A stretch of DNA of 64,000 nt, taken from Scyliorhinus canicula (taxonomy: Eukaryota). Below, piece after piece: positions 1 to 11,825 of this stretch (the first letter of the stretch is position 1; each line of letters starts with the position of its first letter). A program made the position numbers and the translations under genes. The DNA lies in assembly GCF_902713615.1 (NCBI RefSeq), contig NC_052149.1, positions 229,798,986-229,862,985 of the forward strand. Reading direction: 5' to 3'. The notes beneath the pieces are model-generated. The model was not told where the DNA came from. It saw only the letters and a list, made by a program, of their open reading frames with translations, and made no database searches.

Positions 1-270
1 GTGTGTCAGTATTTACAGGGGGGCCCTGGGGGAGTGTGTCAGTATTTACAGGGGGTGTTCTGGGGGAGTGTGTCAGTATTTACAGGGGGGCCCTGGGGGA
101 GTGTGTCAGTATTTACAGGGGGGGCCCTGGGGGAGTGTGTCAGTATTTACAGGGGGTGTTCTGGGGTAGTGTGTCAGTATTTACAGGGGGGCCCTGGGGG
201 AGTGTGTCAGTATTTACAGGGGGCGGGGGGGGGGGGGGGGGGTCCGGGGGTTGTGTGTCAGTGTTTACAG
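1..270. repeat. G-rich minisatellite, unit about 31-33 bp (gtgtgtcagtatttacaggggggccctggggga), truncated by the window edge
   Basis: About 8 visible units. Confidence 0.95.
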
Positions 271-299
271 AGAGATGCTTCCATTCCAGGATCACCCAG

Positions 300-575
300 A
301 TTTGAAGCTTCCTGGATGTCTGAACCAGGCCAGTTTCCTTTTCGTTAACAGAATATCTTCCTGATTTCCAAAGCACCGAAGCTGCTTGGGCGGTCAGGCA
401 GCTGAGTTTTGGTCTGGCTATGTTTCCGCAGGGAGGCTGTTGTGAGAGGTGAAGTTCTCAGCAGTTCACAGCTCTGCAAACTCCTCCCACCCCCAACACT
501 TTATATCAGTGAGCACTTTGGGAAGTGGGGAAAGGTCTGAATTAGCCGCGTCCCGGACACCACAAAACTGCCAGA
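300..575 (+). promoter_or_regulatory. Putative LTC4S proximal promoter / 5'UTR
   Basis: Unique sequence directly upstream of the ATG, with an ETS/PU.1-like GGGAAGTG at about 520. The TSS cannot be determined from sequence. Confidence 0.35.
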
Positions 576-633
576 ATGCTGGAGGAATTTGCGCCGTTGG
601 CATTGGTCACGATATTGGCTGCTTTACAACAAG
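576..633 (+). CDS. LTC4S: LTC4S coding exon 1 (MLEEFAPLALVTILAALQQ)
   Basis: ATG at 576; 58 coding nt ending CAAG|gtagag donor. Hydrophobic TM1 aligns with human MKDEVALLAAVTLLGVLLQ, and phase 1 joins exon 2 in frame. Confidence 0.88.
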
Positions 634-776
634 GTAGAGTTGGCAGTAACTGAGCCAAGCTGCTTATTATCGGCTGTAAATAATGTCATTTCCACCTGTC
701 GCTTTTTAAACCGATTTCCAGCGCCTAGCTTTATATTTGTTGCTTGTTGGAGGGATTCATTTAAAGACAGTCTCAC

Positions 777-2655
777 TTTATTGGTACTGTATCCATTTAC
801 CCATTCCCTCTTTATTGTTACTGTACCCATTTACCCATTCCCTCTTTATTGTTACTGTACCCATTTACCCATTCCCTCTTTATTGTTACTGTACCCATTT
901 ACCCAGTCCCTCTTTATTGTTACTGTATCCATTTACCCATTCCCTCTTTATTGGTACTGTATCCATTTACCCATTCCCTCTTTATTGTTACTGTACCCAT
1001 TTACCCATTCCCTCTTTATTGTTACTGTATCCATTTACCCATTTCCTCTTTATTGTTACTGTACCCATTTACCCATTCCCTCTTTATTGTTACTGTACCC
1101 ATTTACCCATTCCCTCTTTATTGTTACTGTATCCATTTACCCATTCCCTCTTTATTGGTACTGTATCCATTTACCCATTCCCTCTTTATTGTTACTGTAT
1201 CCATTTACCCATTCCCTCTTTATTGTTACTGTATCCATTTACCCATTCCCTCTTTATTGTTACTGTATCCATTTACCCATTCCCTCTTTATTGGTACTGT
1301 ACCCATTTACCCATTCCCTCTTTATTGTTACTGTATCCATTTACCCATTCCCTCTTTATTGGTACTGTATCCATTTACCCATTCCCTCTTTATTGTTACT
1401 GTATCCATTTACCCATTCCCTCTTTATTGTTACTGTATCCATTTACCCATTCCCTCTTTATTGGTACTGTATCCATTTACCCATTCCCTCTTTATTGTTA
1501 CTGTATCCATTTACCCATTCCCTCTTTATTGTTACTGTATCCATTTACCCATTCCCTCTTTATTGTTACTGTACCCATTTACCCATTCCCTCTTTATTGT
1601 TACTGTACCCATTTACCCATTCCCTCTTTATTGTTACTGTATCCATTTACCCATTCCCTCTTTATTGTTACTGTATCCATTTACCCATTCCCTCTTTATT
1701 GTTACTGTATCCATTTACCCATTCCCTCTTTATTGTTACTGTATCCATTTACCCATTCCCTCTTTATTGTTACTGTATCCATTTACCCATTCCCTCTTTA
1801 TTGTTACTGTATCCATTTACCCATTCCCTCTTTATTGTTACTGTATCCATTTACCCATTCCCTCTTTATTGTTACTGTATCCATTTACCCATTCCCTCTT
1901 TATTGTTACTGTATCCATTTACCCATTCCCTCTTTATTGTTACTGTATCCATTTACCCATTCCCTCTTTATTGTTACTGTATCCATTTACCCATTCCCTC
2001 TTATTGGTACTGTATCCATTTACCCATTCCCTCTTTATTGTTACTGTATCCATTTACCCATTCCCTCTTTATTGTTACTGTATCCATTTACCCATTCCCT
2101 CTTTATTGTTACTGTATCCATTTACCCATTCCCTCTTTATTGTTACTGTACCCATTTACCCATTCCCTCTTTATTGGTACTGTATCCATTTACCCATTCC
2201 CTCTTTATTGGTACTGTATCCATTTACCCATTCCCTCTTTATTGTTACTGTATCCATTTACCCATTCCCTCTTTATTGGTACTGTATCCATTTACCCATT
2301 CCCTCTTTATTGTTACTGTATCCATTTACCCATTCCCTCTTTATTGTTACTGTATCCATTTACCCATTCCCTCTTTATTGGTACTGTATCCATTTACCCA
2401 TTCCCTTTATTGTTACTGTATCCATTTACCCATTCCCTCTTTATTGTTACTGTATCCATTTACCCATTCCCTCTTTATTGGTACTGTATCCATTTACCCA
2501 TTCCCTTTATTGTTACTGTATCCATTTACCCATTCCCTCTTTATTGTTACTGTATCCATTTACCCATTCCCTCTTTATTGTTACTGTATCCATTTAACCA
2601 TTCCCTCTTTATTGTTACTGTATCCATTTACCCATTCCCTCTTTATTGTTACTGT
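777..2655. repeat. 34-bp minisatellite (tttattgttactgtatccatttacccattccctc), about 55 copies
   Basis: Direct tandem periodicity. Explains the 580-730 aa ORFs in all three + frames. Confidence 0.98.
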
Positions 2656-3632
2656 GTCGCTGCTACACTGGGATCATTGGGCAGCGAGTCAGGTGGCTGC
2701 TCTCCTGTCTCTGGGGGGGCAGTTCTTCAGACAGGGGCTGCACAGTTGATGGTCCAATTGTCTTTTTGTTGAACAGTGACTTATATTTATAATAACAACT
2801 CTGCATGTAGACAAATGTCCCCAGGAGCTTCGCAGACAAATTGTAAAACAAAGTAGGAGATTTTTGGTCAAGTGAACCAAAAACATGTTCAAAGTAGGTT
2901 TTAAGCAGTGTCTTAAAGAAGGAGATGGAGTGGTGCAGGGAGGGAATTCTAGGCACCTGAAGATTCAAGCACCATTTGCTCATGGGATGTGGGTGTCACT
3001 GGCTAGGTCAGCGTTTATTGCCCTTGGGAAGGTGGTGGTGAGCTGCCTTGTTGAACCGCTGCAGTCCAGGTAGTGTAGGTTCACCCACCGTGCTGTTAGG
3101 GAGGGCGGCTATAAAGATCCATAAAGATATTTTGAGGATCGGGGCATTCTCACCAGTCTGTGACCAAATTGGCTGATGTGTTTCACGCTGAGATTACATT
3201 TAAAAAGTACTTCATTCGCTGGAATGTTCTGATTTGGGCTCTCCAAATGTACATGTTGCTTTCAGCAATGCAGTGTTTTGGCTTGCATCAGTGTGCAAAG
3301 TGAGACTTGCGCCTGGGGCAGTGGCAGCATCTTTGAGGAGGGAGGGCTGTGCTCCCTCAATGTTAGCTGATTATTTATCCTGTGATCCAAGCCGGGAAAG
3401 TAACCATGGACAAACACATCAAATGGGGTACACTGTTCCGCCCTGCACCCACTCGATTTTAAAATATTTTCATCCCATCCTTAAAGCTACAAAGCCAATG
3501 TGCAGAGTGCGCAAGGCAAACCCTTAATCCATCTCATTGCCTGCTCCAAAAATCAGCTCCAATTCATGGTCTCCACAAGAGAGACATATAAGGTCCAAGC
3601 TGACCAGAAAAATCATTGCACCTCACCTCGGC

Positions 3633-3663
3633 CTTGATCTTAGCCGAAAGGCCAGGAAGAGAT
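3633..3663 (-). pseudogene. U2 snRNA 5' fragment (nt 1-31)
   Basis: Minus strand reads atctcttcctggcctttcggctaagatcaag versus U2 atcgcttctcggccttttggctaagatcaag (27/31). Confidence 0.8.
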
Positions 3664-4159
3664 AACCCACTCGTTTTTGAGCTTTCCATTGACGTTCACA
3701 CATTTCCTTTTGTTGTGGCAGTGTTGATCTTGCATTTACATAGTGTCTGTAATGCCCCAAGGTAGGAGTAGCGACTCTGTACTGTCCATTGCTAGAGGTA
3801 GCCCATCAGTATCTTGCATCAGTTTTGTTTCTTAACTCAAGCTCAGATGAAGCGGTTTTACTCACAAGACGGCTTGGTGGCGTAGTGGTTTAGCACTGCT
3901 GCCTCACAGTGCCACCGATTGTTTTGGAGGGTTGGTGCAAACCAGATGGGCTGAATAGCCTCCATCTGCACTGCAGGAATTCTATGGAGGAACCATTCCT
4001 GAAATGAGGCATTCTGTCCCAGTTTGTAGAAAAACAACTGGGCCTGCTATATCTAGATTTTAAATGTTATATTGGAAACAATACCAACAAGAATAGAACC
4101 CTTTACCAGAACACAATTTAAATTCACTCTACGCAGGTGCACTTCCCATCAAGTAAATA

Positions 4160-4380
4160 TTCTTTTAAAAAAAATTTTTTTTTAGTTTTTCCAATTAAGG
4201 GGCAATGTAGCGTGGCCAATCCACCTACCCTGAACATCTTTGGGTTGTGTGGGTGAGACCCACGCAGACATGGGGAGAATGTGCAAACTCCACATGGACA
4301 GTGACCCGGGGCCGGGATTGAACCCGGGTCCTCAGCGCCATGAGGCAGCAGTGCTAACCACTGCGTCACCATGCTGCCCC
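4160..4380 (-). mobile_element. V-SINE (HE1-like), short A/T-tailed type
   Basis: tRNA-like head with A/B boxes, shortened V core, tail cccttaattggaaaaa. Confidence 0.85.
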
Positions 4381-4615
4381 TCAAATAAATATTTTATATG
4401 AGCTGGACAGGAGCTTTCAGGAACATAGGAATGGACCATTCAGCCCTTCAATCCCACTCTGCCTTTGAGTAAGATTATGGCTGATCTAATCATGGTCTGG
4501 CAACAAAAATAATCTTGGTCTGAGTTTGTTTTTTTCGGAGCCTTAAAGGGGTTTGAGAGGCAGTGAAATTCCAGATCTTGGGGGAAAAACAACAACAGGC
4601 AAAGGTACGCCTGCC

Positions 4616-4804
4616 AAAATGAAATGAAAATGAAATGATAATGGCTTATTGTCACAAATAGGCTTCAAATGAAGTTACTGCGAAAAGCCCCTAGTCACCA
4701 CATTCCGGCGCCTGTTCGGGGAGGCTGGTACAGATTTGAACCGTGCTGCTGGCCTGCCTTGGTCTGCTTTAAAAACCAGCTCTTTAGCCCTGTGCTAAAC
4801 CAGC
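4616..4804 (-). mobile_element. Short tRNA-derived SINE with (CATTT)n tail ('family 2'). Further copies at about 9645-9760(+), 30075-30262(-), 39161-39345(+), 41254-41425(+), 43476-43575(-), 44389-44547(-), 44570-44675(-), 44897-45085(-), 49946-50122(-), 54245-54420(-), 59247-59428(-), 59796-59986(-)
   Basis: About 190-bp sequence recurring at high identity: gctggtttagcac...ggttcaattcccgtaccagcctccccgaacaggcgccggaatgtggcgactaggggcttttcacagtaacttc...tgacaataagcgattttcatttc. Confidence 0.88.
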
Positions 4805-4861
4805 AATAGTGAAGCGATTGAAATCAGGGCTGTACAGGATGCAGGCTTTGAGGAGCCCAGA

Positions 4862-5131
4862 GATAGAACATAGAACATAGAACACTACAGCACAGAACAG
4901 GCCCTTCGGCCCTCAATGTTGTGCCGAGCCATGATCACCCTACTCAACCCACGTATCCACCCTATACCCGTAACCCAACAACCCCTCCCTTAACCTTACT
5001 TTATTAGGACACTACGGGCAATTTAGCATGGCCAATCCACCTAACCCGCACATCTTTTGGACTGTGGGAGGAAACCGGAGCACCCGGAGGAAACCCACGC
5101 ACACAGGGGGAGGACGTGCAGACTCCACACA
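4862..5131 (-). mobile_element. V-SINE with CR1-type (TTCTA/TGTTCTA) tail, 5' truncated
   Basis: V core plus tail similar to the CR1 3' ends at 21310 and 50600. Confidence 0.85.
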
Positions 5132-6092
5132 GATCTGGATGGAAATGAGGCTGGAGGAGATTGCACAGAGATAGGGCGGGGCGAGGCCACCGAGGGTTTG
5201 GGCTGCATGGTAGCACAGTGCCAGGGTCCCAGGTTCGATTCTCGGCTTGGGTCACTGTCTATGCGGAGTCTGCACGTTCTCAGTTTGAAACTGGGCAGAA
5301 ACATCAGCAAAATGTCTCTACATCACATACAAAATTCATTTGCTGTGGAATGCAGTGTGGCATGTGAGAGCTGGAGAGGAATTTATTGTAATCGCTTTGA
5401 AAAAATGCTGGGCTGAATTCAGGATAAGACTGAACTTTTGAACTGGAAATATGGCGCTGAGGACCGGGGTTTGAATCCCGGCCCTGGGTCCCTGTCCGTG
5501 TGGAGTTTGCATTCTCCCCGTGTCTGCGTGGGTTTCACTCCCAAAACCCAAAGATGTGCAGGTTTGGTGGATTGGCCATGCTAAATTGTCCCTTAATTGG
5601 GAAAAAAAAATAATTGGGTACTCTAAATTTATAAGAAAGGGGAAAAAAAGACTGAAGTTTTGGGTCAGGATGCATGGCTGTTAATTAACCTTGTGCAAAA
5701 TGCAGCCCGTGTTAACTAAGCAGAGAATGCATGTTTAATGTGTGTTTAATTCAATGTGCAATAGACTGTTGAGAAATCGCAGCCAAACTTTAGTATCTAG
5801 GTTGCCTGCACAGCAAACCTTATCTTAATTGCACATTTCTTTTTTAAATGAGTGAAAAGCACTTTGCTTGATATTTGTTGAAGTTGACAGCCTATTCTGC
5901 TCCCAGCCAAGTAACTGGTGGAAGGTAGGCAGGATCGATGTACTTACATGGCTAAAGCAAGAACTTACATTTCTATAGCACCTTTCGCAATCTCAGGATG
6001 TTTGAAAGCCTTTTACAGTCAATGAAATTGTTTTGAAATGTAGCAGAAGGCATTTGCACACAGCAAGGTCCCATAAGCAGCAATATGATAAT

Positions 6093-6783
6093 AGGGGAGG
6101 CAGTGGTATAATGGTATTGTCACTGGGCTAGTAATAGAACATAGAACAATACAGCACAGAACAGGCCCTTCAGCCCTCCATGTTGTGCCGAGCAATGATC
6201 ACCCTACTCAAACCCACGTATCCACCCTATACCCGTAACCCAAAAACCCCCCCCTTAACCTTACTTTTTAGGACACTACGGGCAATTTAGCATGTCCAAT
6301 CCACCTAACCCGCACATCTTTGGACTGTGGGAGGAAACCGGAGCACCCGGAGGAAACCCACGCACACACGGGGAGGACGTGCAGACTCCACACAGACAGT
6401 GACCCAGCCGGGAATCGAACCTGGGACCCTGGAGCTGTGAAGCATTTATGCTAACCACCATGCTACCGTGCTGCCCACTAATCCAGAGACCCAGGGTAAT
6501 GCTCTGGGGTCCCAGGTTCGAATCCCACCAGGGCAGATGATGGAATTTGAATTCAATTTAAACATTTGGAATTAAAAGCTGACCATAGAACCATTGCCAA
6601 TTGTCGCAAAAACCCATCTGGTTCACTAATGTCCTTTAGGGAAGGAAATCTGCCGTCCTTACCTGGTCTGGCCTACATGTGACTCCAGATCCACAACAAT
6701 GTGGTTGAGTCTCAAATGCTCTCAGGGTGGGCAATGAATGCTGGTCGAACCAGCGACGCCCACACCCCACGGACAAATAAAAT
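6093..6783 (+). mobile_element. tRNA-derived SINE with CR1-like tail, split by a full-length antisense V-SINE (6135-6476)
   Basis: Head ...gtcactgggctagtaat resumes as ...taatccagagaccc after the insert. A related copy lies at about 31290-31530. Confidence 0.8.
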
Positions 6784-7216
6784 GATCAGATAATCTCTGT
6801 TTTTTGATGGAGGACACAAATCCAGGCCACTAGGATCAAGGACACTGGGGAGAATCTATAAGACCATAAGACATAGGAGCAGTCGGCCATTTGGCCCATC
6901 GTGTCTGCTCCGCCATTCAATGAGATCATGGCGTGATAAACCTCCTGCTGTCTTTCACAATCTGTCCATGGGAACATCCACAGGGCTGTGCTTTAACATC
7001 ATCTGCAACTGTACATTGCTCCCTCAGGTCTACACAGGGAGTGCTGCCCTAAACCCTTGGAGCAACATGTGAAACCGTGCCTTTCTGACTCCGAGGCACT
7101 GCTGCTATCCACTCAACCATGGACATTTGGGAATATGATAAAGAAGTTTGCAGGAGATATAAAAAATTGTCTGTGTGGTTGATAGTGAGGACGAAAGCTG
7201 CAAACTGCAGTAAGGG

Positions 7217-7556
7217 GGCAGCACGGTAGCATTGTGGATAGCACAAATGCTTCACAGCTCCAGGGTCCCAGGTTCGATTCCGGCTGGGTCACTGTCTGTG
7301 CGGAGTCTGCACATCCTCCCCGTGTGTGCGTGGGTTTCCTCCGGTTGCTCCAGTTTCCTCCCACAGTCCAAAGATGTGCAGGTTAGGTGGATTGGCCGTG
7401 ATAAATTGCCCTTAGTGTCCAAAATTAACCTTAGTGTTGGGTTGAGTTATGGGGATAGGGTGGAGGTGTTGACCTTGGGTAGGGTGCTGTTTCCAAGAGC
7501 CGGCACAGACTCGATGGGCCGAATGGCCTCCTTCTGCACTGTAAATTCTATGATTA
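7217..7556 (+). mobile_element. Full-length HE1-like V-SINE with CR1-type tail. Other copies of this head: 33000-33275(-), 35763-35965(+), 39980-40320(+), 54788-55104(+), 55780-56065(-), 56393-56757(+); second tail type at 62271-62622(-)
   Basis: gggcagcacggtagc head, B box ggttcgattcc, V domain gggtttcctccgggtgctccggtttcctcccacagtccaaagatgtgcaggttaggtggattggc, tail gatgggccgaatggcctccttctgcactgtaaattctatg. Confidence 0.9.
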
Positions 7557-10500
7557 ATCTATATCAATGGGTGGGTTGGTTAAGTGGGCAGAAAAGTAGA
7601 AAATGGAACTCAATCCGGACAAGTGTAAAATAATTACAGAGGTTACAGAGGGAAATGAGCCAGGAGAGTACACAATAATTGGTAAGATATTGAGAAGTAC
7701 CTGAAGTGCAAATCCTGAAGGTGTGTAAGGTGGCTGCAAAGACATTGGGCACCTTCATTGACTGAGGCATTGAAACCTAAGTGTAGAAAGATTAAATTTT
7801 CTACCCCAGAGAACGGTGTCTGCTCAGTCATTGAGTATATTCCAGATAAACGTTGATAGATTTTTGGGCAATAAGGAAATTAAGGTATATGAGGATTGTG
7901 GGGCAAGATAGATGTTTTTTATTCTTTCAGGGGATGTGTGCTCTACTGGCTAGGCCAGAATTTACTGCCCGTTCCTAATTGCCCTTGGGAAGGTGGTGAT
8001 GAGCTGCCTCCTTGAACCACTGCAATCCACGTGGTGTAGGTTCACCCACCGTGCTGTTAGGGAGGGAGTTTCAGGATTTTGACCCCGTGACAGTGAAGGA
8101 ACGGCCGATATATTTCCAAGTCAGGATAATGTGTGACTTGGAGGTGAACTTGCAGGTGGTGGAGTTCCCATGTGTCTGCTGCCCTCGTCCCAGGTGCTAG
8201 AGGTCACAGTTTTGTAAGGTGTCATGTAAGGAGGTGGAGGGAATCAATGTTGAAGGTGGTGGGTGGGGTGCCAATCAAGTGGGCTGCTTCTTTTTGAGGT
8301 TGAAAATCAGCCATGCCCTTGTTTCCAGGGCAGACCTGAGGGGACAAGATTACAAGGGCAGGAAGGTTATGTTCCAACTGTATCAACACAAATTACACTG
8401 TAACAAGAGGACTGATCATTGTGTTACAGGAAAAATGGGATCACTCTCGAACGGGTAGAGAGATTTACGAGAGTGTTGCCAGGAGTGGAAAACTTTAGTT
8501 ATAAGTTATAAGATTGGGTAGATTTATCAATTGGATCCCAAACCAGGATGAAACTAGATACAGCTCATTTTCTTAATCAACAGCTTATTTACAGAATGCA
8601 GCATTACACATCCCTGTGCCCCAGCAGTCTCTCTTTATTGATGCTCTCGGAACTAGTGCTCTTTTTAAATCAATGCCCTTCACATGTGTATTTAAGAATA
8701 TGATTAAGATAGCTGAAGTTATTTTCTAAAGAACAGAGAGGCCTGAGGAATGATTTAATCGGGGTTCATAAAATGACGATGCGCCAAGATAGATTGGATA
8801 GGAAGGAGACTCCCCTCGGCTGAGGGGCCAGTAACCAGGGGGCACAGATTTAGTGTCATTGGTGAAAGAATTCGAGGGGAGTTGAGGAGAATTTATTTTC
8901 ACCCAGAGGAGGCTGGAGGTCTGGAACTCACTGCCTGAATAGGTGGTGGAGGAAAAAACCCTCAAGTGTATTAAAAAAATGACTTGGCTGTGCGTTTGAA
9001 ATGCTGTAACCAAGCAGGCTACAGACCAAGAGCTGGCGAGTGGGGTTAGTCTAGGAGCTCTTTTTCAGCAGACAGCTGAATGGCCTCTTCCTGTGCCATA
9101 AAGGCACTGTGTTTTTCCAGCTAGGAATTACTACTTGTGTGTATTTCCCATGTAATAATGCAATTTGTGAAGCATTGAAACCTCTCACGGGTGTTCAGTG
9201 TGGGATCCTCCTGTGCCTGCTCTTGGTTGAACACAAATAAGAACTGATAAAAAAAGCATGAACTATTTTAACAATACAGAACCTCACATCAGTTCCCATG
9301 GACTGCGCTGAATCCTCTGCACAAATTTAACGTGCAGTGGTTTTGTTTTGAATCACAAGGATTGGCTTAATTCTTGGAACCTGATTGGCCGATTTGGCTG
9401 CCTTCCAAATGTTTTTGATCACACGAGATTATAACATCCATGTGGGTCCCCTTCCAGGCCTCTGCGTATTTTGCCTCCCAGCACATTTCCCTTTCATTTC
9501 CAAATGTGTAACTCAAATGGCCTTGTTGCTCCTCCTCCACTGCCTGTTTACTACTCCGCGTGTAGCCAGTATTATTACGAGATTACCTAAATAAATCACT
9601 CTTTTGCGCTGGTTTAGTAATATTGCAATAGCTTTCTCACCAGTCTCCCGTACCAGCCTCCCCGGACAGGCGCCGGAGTGTGGCGACTAGGGGCTTTTCA
9701 CAGTAACTTCATTGAAGCCTACCCGTGACAATAAGCGATTTTCATTTCATTTCATTTTCACAAAATGCAATCTTTTGTTCATTCCTGGGATGGGGCTGTT
9801 GCTGGCATCCACTGCTCGTTTGGCCTGAGGAGCTGGGGTGAGACGTCACCTTCAACCACTGTGTTTCTTGCGGTTTTTGACACACTCGGCCGTTTCAGAG
9901 GACTTTAGTGTGGGACAGGAGTCCTTCCCTCAGGAAACACCAGTGAACCAGTTGGCTTTGTAATGTGTCCCGGGTGGCTCAATGGGAGCGTTCCCTCTCT
10001 GTGTCTGAATGTGTGGCGTTCAATTCCCATTCCAGGGACGGAACCTCAGGGATTTCCAGTGCTGCACTGTTTTGTTTTGTCATGGGATGTGGGCATTGCT
10101 GGCCTTGAACCACACCATTCCAGAGGGCAAGGACTGGCAGCATGCATTAGTGAAGCAGATGGGTTGTTACAACACTAGATCACCATCACTGAGAATAACT
10201 TTTCTAATCCCAGATTATTAATTGAATTCAAATTCTAACACCTGCTAGGGTGGGATTTGAACCCGTGTCCCCAGCGCGCTAGTCTGGGTGTCTGGATTAC
10301 TGTTCCAGTGACAGTACCTTTGTGCCACTACTTCCAGGTCAGGGGTTAATATAAATTTAGAGTGCCCAATTCTTCTGTTCCAATTAAGTATCAATTTAGC
10401 GTGGCCAATCCTTGGGTTGTGGGGGCGTAACCCACCTAGACACAGGGAGAATGTGCAAACTCCACACGGACAGTGACCTGGGGCCGGGATTGAACTGGGG

Positions 10501-10559
10501 TCCTCGGCGCTGTGAGGCAGCAGTGCTAACCATTGAGCCGCCATGCCGCCCTACGGTGC

Positions 10560-10850
10560 TTTTGTTTAATGAGACATTAACAACAAATGCCTTGTCTGCT
10601 CACAGGTGGATGTAAAAGATTCAATGGAGCTATCTTCAACTTGAAACAGGGGTGTTCTCCCCAGTGCCCTGGTCGATGTTCATCCCTCAAATCAACATCT
10701 CTACAAACAGAATGTCTGTTTGTTATCATCCTGCTGTTTGTGGGAGCTGCTGTGCACAAATTGGCCGCATTTTTCCTATATTACAAAACCGATTAAAGCT
10801 CGAAAATGGTTGTAAATCACTTAGGAATGTCTTACAGCCGCCAGAGGTTT
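10560..10850 (+). mobile_element. Old DeuSINE (SacSINE1/AmnSINE1-like) remnant. Similar remnants at about 5960-6090(-), 21840-22030(+), 22660-23135(-), 32220-32465(+), 43770-44150(-)
   Basis: Recurring degenerate motif gttctccc..gtgtcctg...tgctgtttgtgggagcttgctgtgcacaaattggc. Family name is from recall. Confidence 0.6.
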
Positions 10851-10900
10851 GTTGGTGAGCTAGTTTACTTGGGTTTTCTGGACTATTGGTCCAGAATCAT

Positions 10901-11098
10901 GTATATTTGTCCAATTAAGGGGCAATTTAACGTGGCCAATCCACCTAACCTGCATATCTTTGGGTTGTGGGGCTGAAACCCACGCAGACACGGGGAGTAT
11001 GTGCAAACTCCACACGGACAGTGACCCAGGGCCGGGATTTGAACCCGGGTCCTCAGCGCCGTAGTCCCAGTGCTAACCACTGCGTCACCGAGTTGCCC
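10901..11098 (-). mobile_element. Short-type V-SINE with 14-bp TSD
   Basis: TSD tggtccagaatcat at 10887-10900 and 11099-11112. Confidence 0.9.
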
Positions 11099-11825
11099 TG
11101 GTCCAGAATCATAACCATGGCGCAACCTTATGTGTGACAATAATGATGTTAACGATTAAGACATACATTTCCTTCCAATTAGTCAGGCCCAGAGTGTGAC
11201 ACCGCCGTATGGAAGCAGCCACTTTAAGTGCTGATTTGTGCACTTTTGCTGTTAACAACTCTGAAGTGATAAGCGCTGATGTGGTCACACGTAGCTGTTG
11301 AGGGGGAGGAAGGAGATAAACTCGAGATTTCCTCGGCAGTGCGGGAATGAACTCTTAGCTGCTGATGTTTTTTTTAGGCAAACGCCAATTAGGGCACAGT
11401 GAGGTCCACACAAACAGCAGTGAAATAGGTCATTCACCATTGTAATTTTGTGATGCTTGTTGATTGTTCGGCTAGGGCACCAGAGGTAACCCTCCTGCTC
11501 TTCTTGAATATAATGTGGGCCCTTTCACACCCACCTGGACAGGCAGACAAGGCCCTTGGTTTAACGTTTCATCCAAAAGCCAGACCTCTAACAGTCCAAC
11601 ATTCCTTCAATGAAGGTGTTGGCCTTGATTTTGTGCCCCATTCACTCTGGTGTAGGGTCTTAAGCGGCACAGCCTCCTGGCTCAGGCAACAATGCTAAGA
11701 CCAGGATTTAAACTCTACACAAAGCTGACTTTGAATGATCCTGCACAGCAATTGGGGAGGATGGTGTGGGAGGGGCCAGCTGCTGCTGTAACAGAGGAGG
11801 TGAACAAACCAGCTAATTAAAGGAT

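Noticed and set aside
777-2655. miR-101 (GTACTGTA) and miR-1 (CATTCC) seed matches in the 34-bp repeat
   Set aside because: Seed-only, partly in minority variants, intronic, with no supplementary pairing; expected by chance.
589-2772. 580-730 aa ORFs in three frames
   Set aside because: Translation of a 34-bp stop-free minisatellite that starts after the exon 1 donor.
7217-7295. tRNA gene-like A/B boxes
   Set aside because: These are SINE heads; no intact cloverleaf tRNA was identified anywhere in the window.
8570-8700. cag|CTTATTT resembling the exon 2 start (possible alternative exon)
   Set aside because: Downstream sequence has no MAPEG similarity.
11160-11370. GATA/RUNX/ETS motif cluster as a myeloid enhancer
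   Set aside because: Short motifs only, overlapping a probable old SINE remnant, with no conservation data.
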